A stretch of 59,819 bases of DNA, filler included, from Jimgerdemannia flammicorona (GCA_003990765.1; 2 parts of 2 records of this genome joined end to end with filler, not necessarily neighbours in it), one strand, 5' to 3'. Shown: positions 25,400-38,510, counted from the first letter of the whole stretch. A program made the numbers and translations. The notes: generated from the sequence alone by a model not told the origin.

Positions 25400-28300
25400 A
25401 CTTTTTACATCTTTCTCCAGTACCATTCAGGTTATACAATCTTTGGAAAGTACTTATAATATTATTCTTAGAGTAAAGAGACTAGCAACATAGTGACCAA
25501 CAGGCAATCTGAGGTGCATACTGGGTAGGGTGGCCTGAGTATGTTCGACTAGCAGCATGTAGAGAGAGGTTCTGGCCTGGGGGAAAGTATGAGGGGGCTG
25601 CTGGTGGGAGGACATGGAAGGAGAGGAGGCAGCAGTAGAGGACAGGGGTCTGGAAGGGTGAGCTTTGTAGAGATGGTAAAGGAGAGGCAGCAGGTATCTG
25701 GGCTGGAGAGATGGCTGAGGAAAGGCAAGGAGATGGAGTAGGTGGTGGTACATGGTGGAGTAGCCCTTAGCAGAGGGAGCAGTGGAGCTGGGGATGTAGT
25801 GGCTGAGATGAGTATGATGGCTAATGGCAACAAGACTATCAATCTGGAAAAAAATCCAGATGTGACTGCTGATGGTAAGGCTGAGCAGTTGGGGCTTAGA
25901 AGGCAGGAGAGATTTAGCAGATAGTATGATAGGCCTGGTGGTAGCCCCATTATACAAAAAGTCAATCTCAGTATTTGTAATTATGCTGTACTTTCAGGGC
26001 CTAGTGGTGATGGTGAAAATGGTACTGTGGCTTATTGCTAAGCAGGTGACTGGAGCAGTATCAGTAAAGTTTCTAAAGGGATTGGAGGGAGTAGAGGTGG
26101 GCTTTGAGGAGGCTGGGCCTTTGGAGGAGGCACTGAAGGCTGGATTGACAGTTGGGGAGGTATGTGTTCCAATGACACATTGCCTGAGATGGGATCCCAG
26201 GGTGGTACAACTGTTGGTAAAAGGAGTGCCTATGGTGATGGTGGTGGAGATGAGAAGGAGAGTCAATGAGGTCATGGCTGAATATAGAGAGGTGGTAGAT
26301 ATTGGATTCAGAGTCTGAGAAGGGACCTTGCTCAGGACTGGGGATGTTGATGTGAGGATTCAGCTGGCAGAGAAGAAAGCTACTGGGAAGGCAAGGAACT
26401 GACCTTCAATGATGGTCTGTAGGGCAATCTCATATAAGGTAGTGAAGGTGAAGGGGAGTGAAAAGGAGGAAGAGAACTTATTGACGACACTGAAAGAGCT
26501 GAGTAGAGCTGTGGAGCAGTGGGCAAAGGCTTGGAAGGCTTTGTGGAGTTGATACATTTGGAGGTGATGGATGGGAAGTGGATTCAAGTAGATAAGGGGC
26601 AGTGAGAAAGAGTGCAGGGATGTAAGAGGTAGAAGGAGCTGCTGGCTAAGCTAGCGGGTAGACCACAGAAGGATGCAGGTGGAATTGAGGGGGCAAGGGG
26701 TGCCAAAGTGAGTCTCTGGGTTGGTGAGGGTGGAGGGAGTGCAGGGAAGGGGACAGGAGAGGACAGGGAGGCAACTGGCAATAACCCATATGATGATGAT
26801 ACATTTGAGGTCTGGGAGGAGACTGGGGAGGACTCATCTACTCCTACTCCTCTTATAAGGCAAGGTCCAGCTTCCCAAAGTAGGGTGGTGGAGAATGTGC
26901 CAATGCAGGGGGCCCAGTGAGTATGATTTGGAGTTCCAGAGGTGGCAAATGGGAGACAAGTGGCAGCAGTAGGAGAGGAGGAACTGGTGGATGTCCCAGA
27001 GATGTGGGATGAGTCTGCAAGTGCTGGGGCTGATACCATAATGCTGGATGGAGGGAGGCCAGTGACTCCTGGAGGGAAGGAGGTAGGCAACCTACTTTGG
27101 ATATATAGGATAATGAATAACTTAGTAGCTGAAAAGTTGGGAGAGGTGGACTTGAGAGTGATGAGCAATGAGCATTGAGTGCAGATTCTGCAGGGAGATG
27201 GAGTGGTTTTGGCATTGAAGGCAGAAATCTTTGTGGTATATCTGGAGGAGAAAGGATATGAGGTGGATAAGGAGTGGGAGGCAGAGCTGGATGGTGTTGC
27301 TGGTGAGAGGGCCAACTACTGCTGGAACAAGCATCATGGATTACAGCTCTGACAGGAGGTCTGCCTGGAGTACCAAGAGAAGTTTGAGGAGAAGGCAGAT
27401 AGGAAGATGAATGAGCTATTGGCTGGATTGGAGGCTAAGAGGGCTGAAGAGGAGGAGGTAACTGCAGAACATAATCTGGACATGGTGCAGGAAGAGATGA
27501 ATATAGAGCAGTAGAGGAGAGACTTAATAATACACCATATTTCATTATGAATAGTATAACCAACATTTTTTCTTTGAATGTGAATGGGTTGCAGGGCTCT
27601 TCTCAACATAGGAATATTTTTACTTGGCTGAAGGGATTGGAGGCTGATCTCTTCCTATTTCAAGATGTCAGGTGTGCAGATGATTTGAATAGGCTGAAAT
27701 GGATGAAGGAATGAGGAGGTGAGGCAGTTTGGAAGGGCAAGGTTGGGATTCTGGTCCAGAGAGGCAGAGGGGAGATACAGAATGTGAGGAGCTGGGGGGA
27801 TAGATTGGTCTGGGGAGAGTGAATGCATACAGGTTGGGAGCCAGTCACAGTGGGCTCCTGTTACTATCCTGCTATATGGAGTGAGCATGTGGATTAAGTG
27901 ATGGATCTTCAGAAAAGTGGAGTCCTTGCTGAGGCTGGGGTGGATATGCTGAGTGGAGACTTTAATATGGTCTGGGACATACTGGTGGATAGAACTGATG
28001 GGAATGGGGTACAGAGGGTAGGAGTGGAGGGCTGGCAATATGAGAGGAAGTGGAAAGGCTAAGTACTCTGATAGATGCTGGCAGGGGGTATTGGGGGGAT
28101 AGGAGGGTATACACACATTGGGTAGAGGGCCTGGGGACAAGGATTGACTAGATTTTGATAGCCAGTTACTGGGGTTTGGATGTTTGAAAGCTGCTGGAGG
28201 TGGAGTGGTGCCCATGGTTAGATTATTGGGAGCTGTTAGGACAGGAATATTTTGAGGGGAGTGGGGATGGGCCTGGACATTGACACCTCAATTCCTCTTT

Positions 28301-29864
28301 ATTAGATGATAGGATTCAGTTGGATAAGTGGGCTGCAGACATTCAACTGAGGGTGGAGGGCTGGAGATAGGAAGGTGCCCCAATTGGTGTCTGGTAGATG
28401 AGGATAAAAGAGATGGCCAGGGTCTACTGGAGTGAGGCTGATAAGGAGACTGTGAAGCAGAGGAGGTGATAGGTGAGATGGACTTCTGTGAGACTGGCTA
28501 GACTCTTGGAAGATTGGGCAGAACTAGGGACATTGGAGGGAGGAGAGGACTGGAGATTAATGAGGGCGAAAATGGAGGTTGGAGAATTATAACAGGTGTT
28601 GTGGAAAGAGGAAGAGGCAAGGGTGCAGAGCTTAGCAGCATGGCTTCATTGGCAGGGTTTGGAGAAAGAGAAAAGGCCCTCCAAGTATCTCATGAGGACC
28701 CTTCAGGCAAGAAGAGTACAGTAAAGATGAGAGGGGGTAATTGACTCAGATAGTATACTGGTGTATGGTATGTATATAAGATGTTCTTGGATTGTTAAAA
28801 GAGTAATGGAGTGGATTATGGAGTGAGGAGGAGGGTGGGGTGGATGCTGCTACCATTGAATAGACATTGGAGAATTGGCACCCCCTACAGACAGATGGGC
28901 TGGGTGACTTGGTGTTGCCAGTACAGGAAGAAGAAATCCACCAGGTTCTGGCTATGATAATGCCAGGTATGGTACCTGGGGAGGATGGGCTGCCCTGGGA
29001 CTTCTGGAAGAAGATGGTGGGAGTCTCAGAGATACTGAGTGAGATGATGGTATTGTGTGATTTTATACTATAGTCAGAGAGTTGAGTGAGAGAGCAGGAT
29101 TTGGGGCTGGTGATATTGCTTTATAAGAATAAGAGAAGGAGAGAGGACTGGAAGAACTGGTGGCTGATTATACTGCTAGACATGGACAGAAAGTTAGTGA
29201 CTAAGGTGGTGGTCATGAGGCTACAGAGAGTGGCCCAGCAAGTTTTGGGTGTTGAACAGAGGAGCTTTGTAAGAGGTCAGCTCATTAGGGATGGCACAGC
29301 CTGGGTATATGGAGTTATTGAAGAGGTGTGAGCTTGTGGACTGGATGGACAACTGGTCTTCTTAGACAAGGTTTATGACTAGGTATGGTGAGTCTGGCTG
29401 GCAAAAGTATTGGATAGGGCTAGGGTACTACACCAGTTCTGGTCAGCATTGATCAGTCTACTGGATGGGAGTCGGGCTGCACTTATGTGTAATAGATATA
29501 GAGAGGTGTCATTTCCCCTAGGTAGGGGTGTGCCCCAGGGGGACCCACTGTCCCCCATTCTGTATACTCTTTCCCTGGAGCCTCTAATAGATAGAATCAG
29601 ATAGAAGATAGTTGGGCTTTCCATCTTTGAAATTGGGTGAAAAGTTGAGGCCTTTGCAGATAATATAGTGGTTGGCCTGGGATCAATCATGGATGTTGGG
29701 GAGCTCAAGAAGATGGTAGAGTGGTGAGGAGAACTCTGGAGCTAAGCTCAATTGGCACAAGTGTGAAACAATGGTATTGGGCAATGGCCTGGTGAGAGGG
29801 GATATTATTGGAACAATCATCTCTGCTAGTGAGGTAGTGTGGTACCTGGGTATCTATTTGTCTT
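25400..29864 (+). mobile_element. Second decayed L1/Tx1-like LINE of the same family, cut by the assembly gap
   Basis: ORF1 fragments collinear with 4690-6355. NIFSLNVNGLQG at ~27560; PGEDGLPWDFW; GVPQGDPLSPILY; AFADN. Confidence 0.92.
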
Positions 29865-29964
29865 NNNNNNNNNNNNNNNNNNNNNNNNNNNNNNNNNNNN
29901 NNNNNNNNTTAATTAATTAANNNNNNNNNNNNNNNNNNNNNNNNNNNNNNNNNNNNNNNNNNNN
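29865..29964. other. Artificial scaffold/contig linker (44 N + TTAATTAATTAA + 44 N)
   Basis: Exactly 100 bp, with a six-frame stop 12-mer in the middle. Confidence 0.95.
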
Positions 29965-30377
29965 AAAAAAAAAAAAAAAAAAAAATTCTACATATTATAT
30001 TAGAATGATCATACTAAATGTTTACTCTATATCTTTATATACTGATAATTCTTTTGTATATATGTTTTCAACATACCTTAGCATGGTAGTTATATTGTAT
30101 TATATAATTTAGTTGCGGTTATCGGCCTTAAGCCACTGTTGATCTTAATAGCAACTAGAACTTGAATAAAGCAGCAGCGCCTTGAAAGCAAAAATACCCC
30201 CTTGCACTACCTTCGGCTCGGTGCTCTGAAGTACAAGAACTTGGACTGGACTGAATTGCGAGTATATTTGCCTCGACGCTACGCTTGCATCAAATTGGTA
30301 ATCGGGATCCCCTCAATTCCTATCTACGGGCTCAAACCTCCGCATTTCCCCTTAGACAGTTCTCCTAATATACTGCA

Positions 30378-30690
30378 CCTCGCCCTCATACGTGACATAC
30401 GCAACGGGCACACCCTTCTTAATTGCCTCGACCATGATCTCCGACTACGCTGGTAACACGACCTTATCCTCGAGCCCCTGAAAGAATTAAAAGCCTGTCA
30501 GCAGAATGGATAGGGCTCTGCTCGTGATACAATTCCTGCTTCTCCGGAAACGGGCCGATCAAACCATCAGGGTAGTGGGACTCGAATTTATGGCAAGTAG
30601 TGTGATGTCCGATACACCGTTGAGCAAGCAACCGACGGCGAAGACATCACAGAAAGCCAAACGAGCGAGCGTGGTGTACCCGCGGGAGAT
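30378..30690 (-). pseudogene. S9 family (prolyl oligopeptidase / dipeptidyl aminopeptidase-like) peptidase pseudogene fragment
   Basis: Manual translation: GYTTLARLAFCDVFAVG...GVSDITLLA / HKFESHYPDGLIGPFPEKQELYHEQSPIHSADRL / QGLEDKVVLPA*SEIMVEAIKKGVPVAYVTYEGE. Contains frameshifts and a stop. Confidence 0.8.
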
Positions 30691-31406
30691 TCGTTTAAAG
30701 TTGAGTGAAATGCTTCAGTTTGAATTTTTTGTTATTATTAGATAAAATTACAATATCTAGATAAAATTACGAACGATCGACATCGCCAATCGTCTGGAGC
30801 ATATCGAGGGTAGCGAGGCTGGAGGATGCTTTGGGTAAACATCATTTTATTGTTCCGCCCATTCATGGTATTGGAGTAACCTCCCGTCTCCCACATCTCT
30901 CGTTTTCGTTACGATCCCCTGTTTCTTCTATTTCTTTCAAGCCAACAACCTTTCTTCCTTCGAGGCACTCGAACAGCAGCTGGCACCTCTCCATACAGCG
31001 CGACAACCAGCTCACGTACCAGATAAAAATAAAGCTGGCCGCGCCGCTGGTGAAGCATATCGATGCAACGTAGGAAGGGGGTTGTCATGGGTGAGCGATA
31101 TGATAGGAAAGGGTCACACATAACTTTTAAAGATCTCAGCGTGTTAAGACATAAGACTGGTGATTCTGTTCTCAGAAAATCTGAAGAAATGACAATCATA
31201 TCTAGTAGGTTTGCTCTTTGGGCGAGCATACTCCGTGCGGACCACTTCGGCGCCGGGGCCGTCATACGTGTCTGTTGGTTTGTTTGGAAGCAAAGTTAGT
31301 TCCGAATTAGGATAAGTCTACGGTGACTTGCATTTCGATATATAATTGAGAACTCGGCTATTACCTCCTTTCTTTCTTTCTTTCTTTGCAAACACACACA
31401 CACCAA

Positions 31407-33011
31407 ATGACTTTACCCATTCACACTGACACCTTGCATACCCACCATGCCACCACTTCTTACACCTTCTGCTTCTACGTCTCGGGTCATGGTTAGTAAC
31501 ATTGCTTTGACTTTCCCGTACACGGTTGGGATTGCTACAACCTTTGACTAGGGGAGATTTCAAGTCCCCTCTTAGCCCTCCGTTTTTTCAATATTAACCT
31601 ACTAACCCTTCATTTCGTTTCTGCTTCTTCAACCTAGGGTGGGGCCACGCCACCCGCGCGTGCCAGGTCATCTTCGACATCTTGCGTCTTCCTGCCGGCC
31701 ACAGGGTCTACGTCGTCTCTAACGCCTCCGAGTTCATCTTCCGAGGCGTCACCGACCGTGGCGCCGTCTACCGCCATGCTCTCATTGATGCCGGCGTCGT
31801 CCAGCCACTCGCGTATACCGTCGACCGCGAGAAGACCATCGAGAACCTGACTGAGTTCTTACGCCATCGCGAGGAGAAGCTTGCGAGGGAGATGGTGTGG
31901 CTTAGGAGTGTCGGCGCTGATTGCGTATTGTGCGACTCACCGTTCTTGCCATGGTGAGTGCGGGTTGCCCTTTGTGATCTAGGGTTTTGGGTGCGGCCAC
32001 CTTTCATTCCCGCTCATACAACCTGCGATTATTTCCAGTGCTGCCGCCTCCGCAGTTGGTATCCCCGCTGCCATCGTCTCCAACTTCACTTTCGACGAGG
32101 TCTACTTGGGTCTCTGTGAAAACGATGCCCTCGACCCCACCATCAACACTATTGTCCACACCATCATCTCCGATTACAAAAAAGCCGACCTCCTCATCCG
32201 CCTCCCTGGCGCCATTCGCATTCCCTCCTTCGAATCCTCCCCCACCCTTGTCCCCATCACCCCCATTACCGCTCCGAACACCCTGCTCCCCGTCTTTCCA
32301 GTCACCACCACTTCCCTGATCCCTACAACCACTCTCCTCCCGCGCCTCATCATCGACATCCCTCTCGTGTTCCGCCACAGCGTGACCCCGCGCTCCGCCG
32401 TCCTCGACGGCCTCGCCATTCCGACTGCCATCTACACTACACATAAGATCCTCCTCCTCACCTTCGGCGGCCAAATCATTGACAACGAGGAGTGGGGCGA
32501 CCCGCTCCCACCCGGCTGGATCTGCATCGTCTGCGGCGCGCCTGACTACGGCGAGCTTCCCCCGCGATTTTACCGCGCCTCACGTGACGCTTATGTGCCT
32601 GACCTTGTCAACGCGTGCGACGTGGTGCTAGGCAAGCTTGGGTACGGGACGTGCTCTGAGTGCATCGGTCACGCGCGCCCCTTCATTTACGTCCCGCGCC
32701 CGCAGTTTATCGAGGAGTACGGCCTACTCGAGCTCATGCGCTCGCAGGGCAGCTGTGTCGAGTTGACCAGAGAGAAGTTCGAGGGTGGGGAGTGGAAGGA
32801 GGCTATACTTGAAGCCTGCGCGATGCCTGGGAGGTGCGATGAAGCGAAGAGGATCGCGCATGATGGCGGAGTCGTAGCCGCGAGGGTATTGTGCGAGTTT
32901 GTGAGGGAGAGGAGAGGAGAGAACGTGGTAGATGGGAAAGGCGTCGAGGAGGTCGATATTATAGTTGATGTGACGAGGGGAGTGGAGATGTTTGGGGAAG
33001 TGGTGAATTGA
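31407..33011 (+). CDS. Glycosyltransferase-fold protein homologous to the N-terminal domain of plant L-arabinokinase (exons 31407-31491, 31638-31953, 32039-33011)
   Basis: GT-AG introns give one open frame: FCFYVSGHGWGHATR ... DSPFLPC...SNFTFDEVY ... LLTFGGQ ... PDLVNACDVVLGKLGYGTCSEC...FIYVPRPQFIEE. Confidence 0.85.
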
Positions 33012-34563
33012 AGGGCGGTTTTAGAGTTGTGGGGAGAGGGGAGACAAGGGTGACGAGTTTAGAAATGGGTTTTGGCGTTTTTTTTTGGACGGTTGTCACT
33101 CGCTCCCTTCGAACATTTATCTCGAACGGCTTGCAGCCTGTTCGTACTCCACACGTATATTCGTTAGATTTCTTGATTGCGCGCCCGTCCTTAATGATAT
33201 ATTGCATTCACACGCTTTAGAGAGGTACAGATTTACGAGAATTATCAGCGGCGTTTTGGCGAGAGACGACTTTCTCCTTCAAATATATGATATGGCGCGT
33301 CGAGGAATGGAACCAAGTAGAAGGGTGTCATAGACTGGTTGTCCATGGCACTGGCGGACCGCATTGTACGCAGGTCGCGCTAGAACCAAATCATGAGGGA
33401 TCCATCCAATACCGAAAGGTTGTAGTTGTAAGAATGAAGGAACGTGTCCCTGGTTGTGTATGCTGTTAAGTCTGCTGTTGATTGCATGCTACAAAACGTA
33501 AATTATATATTTTCAAAATGTAAATGTCGACTGCGCTAGCCAGATGTTTTATTTTTCGTCGTCATATTTTGATGTGAAGTGTAGGCGAAAATTCACATAT
33601 AATAACTAATGACATGTCTAAAATACAATCGAGTTCTTGAATTTTCTGGCTTTCTCCGAGATGAGAGGACCGTCGGCCCCAATCCACACAACGCTCCACT
33701 TTGATAACTAGAATCTATTTGTTGTTTTCGCGGCAAAGCTCAGTACACTGGTTTATACCTAACATGGAGGGTTGCAGGTGTGAAAATAACACGGGATATT
33801 CGCCTTTCTGCAGTTTCAGAACCGGAGCGGCCAAGGCACGGGCTATGAGAGAGGGTCTCACATTTAGGCAGTCGTGACATAATTATATCCAGAGGAAAGA
33901 TTTTTTTTTTTTTTTATCATGGGAAGAATAAGATCCCTGGATCTACTCATGTGGCACATATTCAGGGGGTGGCACGCTGTTACAGGGACTGTCCCAAACG
34001 GATGCCCTGGAGCACTTTGAACCCGGTTTGTTCCTTTACAAGGGCTGAAACAATTTCGTTCAGGGGCGAGCAACACTTTGGTTGGAGCAATGTCAAATTA
34101 ATTGAAAGATATTGGCGGTTTCGGTTGTTCCGTCATTTCATTTCATTTAGCTTTTGCTTTTTGTTTATTCTCCAAAAATGGGGGTTTTTATACTTTAAAT
34201 TGCCCCCCCCCCCTTTTTTTTTTAAAAAAAAAGGGAGAAATTGAGTGGGCGCTTCAATTGTACTGGGGTGCAGATTCGTGTCTTAAGATATGGAAAGCAA
34301 AGCATTCACCAAGTCTCACAAACGAGGTCGCATTGTCAGGGGCATCAAGACATCATATCGTGTCTGAACTTTATGTTTAATCGCTTTCTGGGTATCGTTG
34401 CATGAGCAATATTTATGTATATACAGTACAGTGATTTGAATGCAATTTTTTCTTTTTTCTTTTTCCTGATAGCCACTTGTGCTCGGCTATTAAGCTATAT
34501 GTACATTATGTCATTGCTCGACCAGCGAACAATTGGATAATGACTGAGAAACTGCTGGGTAAT

Positions 34564-35553
34564 CTAGTGGTGGTTGGTTTTGATTGGCGAATGGCTCCGC
34601 GTCTTGCTGTGCGATTTGCCGCTGTGCGATTTGCCGCTGTGCGATTTGCCGCTGTGGGTCATGGTGGGCTTGTGAGTGGGGCGAACCTTGAAGTTCCGTT
34701 CCGGAGCGTCGGTCGTGGTGGTGGTAAATTCGCTGTTGGTAATCTCGGCGGCGACGGCGTCGGTGGGAACAGCGCCGTTATGGTTCCACCCATGGTGCTT
34801 TGACTTGGTGGTCGTTTTCGTGTGCTTTTTCGTGCTCGTTTCGAGGTTCTTTGTCTTCGTCGTTTTTGTGGTCCCGCCTTGGCCCATCCACTGCTTCATG
34901 TCGTTGGTGACGTAGTTTCCGATACTGCAATCCTGTTGCGTGGCGGTGACCTTTTCAGGAAGGTTCATTTGCGAGTACCACTCGAACTCGAGGACGAAGA
35001 AGTCGAACTGGCACGAACCAAAGGACCAGCCTTTGTCGTCGACGCGGACGCAACCGTTGTGGACCTTGCCGTTGGGGAGTTTTCTACCGATGAGTTCCTT
35101 GACCACGGCGGTGGAACCGCGCGGCCAATCGTTCGATGCCACGCTAACGAAAGGTTCCAATGCGTTGTCCCAATTCCCAAGACCCCAGGGAAACTGGCTA
35201 GCGGAAACAACCTCGTAGGTGTTTGAGTCTACGAGGTTGACAAGTTTGCCGCCGTCGACGAGGCAGGTACCCTCCATGTGGCATTTATCGTAGGTGTTCT
35301 TGTCGACATCCGCGATGAGATCGCCATTACCCGTCTTCAGCGCCTCGGTTTTTGGGCCCGTAAGCGTCAAGGGGTTGCCGTTGTTGTCCATATCTTTCGT
35401 GCCTTCTTTGGGGATCCAGTACTGGGTGAAGGTAATCTTGCCGCCGTTGTAGCAACTTGGTACGCGTTTCTCAATGGGGCTGGTTTCGGCGTCTTGGGCG
35501 AGGAAAGCCGCGATCAAAAGGACAGAAGAAGTGATGAGGGAAGTGAACTTCAT
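34564..35553 (-). CDS. Secreted 329-aa protein with a 3D (MltA-like / double-psi barrel) domain and a Thr/Lys/His-rich tail
   Basis: Signal peptide MKFTSLITSSVLLIAAFLA; Kex2-type EKR; ITFTQYW; VASND...CVRVDDKGWSFGSCQFDFFV (three conserved Asp); (SHSGK)n repeats. Confidence 0.75.
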   Translation of the reverse strand: MKFTSLITSSVLLIAAFLAQDAETSPIEKRVPSCYNGGKITFTQYWIPKEGTKDMDNNGNPLTLTGPKTEALKTGNGDLIADVDKNTYDKCHMEGTCLVDGGKLVNLVDSNTYEVVSASQFPWGLGNWDNALEPFVSVASNDWPRGSTAVVKELIGRKLPNGKVHNGCVRVDDKGWSFGSCQFDFFVLEFEWYSQMNLPEKVTATQQDCSIGNYVTNDMKQWMGQGGTTKTTKTKNLETSTKKHTKTTTKSKHHGWNHNGAVPTDAVAAEITNSEFTTTTTDAPERNFKVRPTHKPTMTHSGKSHSGKSHSGKSHSKTRSHSPIKTNHH

Positions 35554-38467
35554 GATGGATTGAGGGATGAAATGGGATGGGATGGATTTAAAAAAGGAGT
35601 GTAACGTTTTCTAGTTAGATTTTTAAAGACTGTAGGCGATCAACGCGAAGTATAAGCGATCAACGCTTTTGTGTGGTTATTGAAACTATTGATGCGTCTC
35701 ATCTCGCTTTATATACATTTTGTTTTCTGATCCGTCGCCGTGTTGACGAAACAGCAAATTACTCTCTACGCTTACGTTATCTAAAAAAACAAAACTCGCC
35801 AAACCCTAAACAGTAACTAATGCGTAAGATACTAATGTATAAACCATAGACAATCTGAGCTTAGTCTGGAATCAAGGAAAACAAACTTTGCATGCAACAG
35901 GTCACTTGAAAAATGAATGTATACCAAGGATGTACAAAAATTAAAACTGCGATCACATTTCCAATTAAGTAGTAATAATAATATTAAGAATCACCTAATG
36001 CACAGGCTAATGATCCGTGCAAGGGCATGACACGACAATGGCTCGTTTACACAAACAAAATCGTCCGTTGCCCCGTAGGGCGTCCCGCCTTAACCACACC
36101 TCCCCCGTAATTCAAATCAGCGATTGATTTGGTTGCCAGGTGTCCACAATAACGCGGCCGGCCGGGCCGGAGAGGGGGCAAAAAAGGAAATTTTCATTCG
36201 AATACATGGAATTGTTCGCGTTCATCGCATTTCTTTTCAATCATGAACGAATCTCGTACGGCATGCCAAAACGGCCCGATATCCTGTCATGACGGAAGTT
36301 TCCCCGAAAAGGTACAAACATGATTAAGATGCAAAACGTCACGGACCATTCCACCACTGCCTGGCTGATCAGAAGATGAGTGAATTATTCTTGAACCAGG
36401 GAATCGGAGCATGGCCTTGATGGATGGCACCAATAGGTGCTAATGGACAATGTTGGGATCGTGACTTGATATCATCCGAGGTTCGGTAGAAAACGTGAAA
36501 AATAAAAATGGGCCGGAAAAAGAAGGTTGAATTTCGGATAGTATGTCATTCGACATGGCATTTGTAATAACAATCCGGAAAAGAAACAAGTCACAGAAAA
36601 AGGAAAATATACGGTGGATAGAAACAACTTGGTAAGTGTATTGACTTCCTCCTATCCAACGAAAAACCACTCGGACTTAAATGAACTCGTTTTCAGTTAG
36701 CGTCGTTTCCAGTTCAGGAGAACGAAAACCACTAGCAAGACAAAATTCCCCTACTTCCGCGTCACATACAACCAATAAATCTCCTTTTTACCTATCGATT
36801 TAAGGGATCGTGAAGTAAGTTTGAGCCAAAACAAGTTCCTGCCTTTCAATTGGTACTCAACTTTACGTCTTTTTTTCACTATTCACAATTACAAACAGCG
36901 CCCACAGTTCGGCAATGATAATCGAGAATACTTGAGTCCCCACATCTTCATCCACCGTCCACAAACTGAAACCAAAGGGACCGGTTCATTTCTTTTGTTT
37001 GCTCCCTGAGTTCTGTTGGGCTTCGCTGAAAAATAGGGGTTCGTTGCCATCCCCTGTTTGCGATGCATATATTACAATGTAAACAATCAGAGAGGTCAAC
37101 AAAGGGTCGTCACGGTTACCACGCCATGGGCGCCACATGGACTTACTGATATGAAGCCCGTTTTTGAAATTTGAAATTTGTCCGATTTGACCAATCACCT
37201 GGCGTGTGGTTGCCCAGATAGTTGTCGGTGTTAGAATGATATGACGATTTCATTACACCCCTTACGTCATCAATCATCACACAACACAACCAATAATACC
37301 TGTCAAACGCGACATCAATATCAGTGATAACAAAGGGCACCTGCAACGTGGGTACATATCCATGATCAGCAAACAACACTGTTAGTTATTATGTGTATAT
37401 ACACAATAATGTTAGCATCCGGTTTGCTGGTTCTCAGAGGTCTCACCGTGCTGTAATTTCGCAATTGACGTCTTTGGAAATGGTGGAAATGGTGGTATGG
37501 TTTAAGGAAAGCTGGCCAATAGTAAAGCCCATCCGCTCGCCAAGAGTATTGAGTAAACTGTTGAATCGGCGCCGTGGCTTATCAAACAGCGCAATATTAT
37601 TTGTTTACGACGTGTCATGTTTTCGACTGGCCGAATCGAGAATCAAAACGCGGGCAATACACCAAAAAAAGAAGTCATTCCGGGCTGGTAGTGGTGCTGA
37701 GCCGGGTCATTTCCGACAATGGACACACGATCGCGTCACACCAGATCCCATCATCTTTCCTCCTCACGTTCGGATTTAGTTTTTCAGTCCACACTCTCAC
37801 CCTTGTGTGTGGGGACTTGAGCTCCGTGTGTATATGGAATGGCCGATTCAACATGAATTTCGCCCACATTGCCCGGTAAGCGTATCTTTTGAGCTAGTGC
37901 AATTTTTTTTTTTACTTTAACGAGCAGACAAAAAAAAAAAAAAAGCAATAATCACTCGGTTTTGGAAACAGCTCAAAGCTGACGATACTGCACAGCCCAA
38001 GGGGGGGGGGCCATATCACATTATCTTTAGGAAGCCAAATCCTCGAATGCAGGAGACCATAGCAACAAGCAACAACAGATAATTAAGCCCCGTAGGAATG
38101 GCCAGCAGCGCCACGGTGGTACCAAAACGAGACAAAAAACACCCAAGAGGGGCGATATTCTAGGGGATCGGCCCTGTCGCATCATTCTTTCTAGTCCCTT
38201 GCATATGTCACGCACTGTGCCAATATAAGCATCGTGTCGAATACAAATAACAAATTTTTCAGTGGCGGTGTTTAAAAACCCCTGCTAATAAATCTAATAT
38301 TTGGGCTGATTATTTAAAAATAATCACGTTGGAGATCACTCGGCTGGTAATATAAACATAATATCCTATTGACCAAAATGATGACATCATCACCAATTTG
38401 CTCATAGATTGTAATCTACGACAGCTGTCTACAACGGCTTGACTAATATCTCCCTTTAAAAAAAGGG

Positions 38468-38510
<43 letters not shown>

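Noticed and set aside
29909..29920. TTAATTAATTAA palindrome as a biological site
   Set aside because: Embedded symmetrically in Ns, so it is an assembly linker.
36900..37380. Possible Vps62-like gene relic on the minus strand (LGNHTPGDW, apparent intron, TGPFG)
   Set aside because: Similarity is limited to a few residues, and no consistent gene model could be built by eye.
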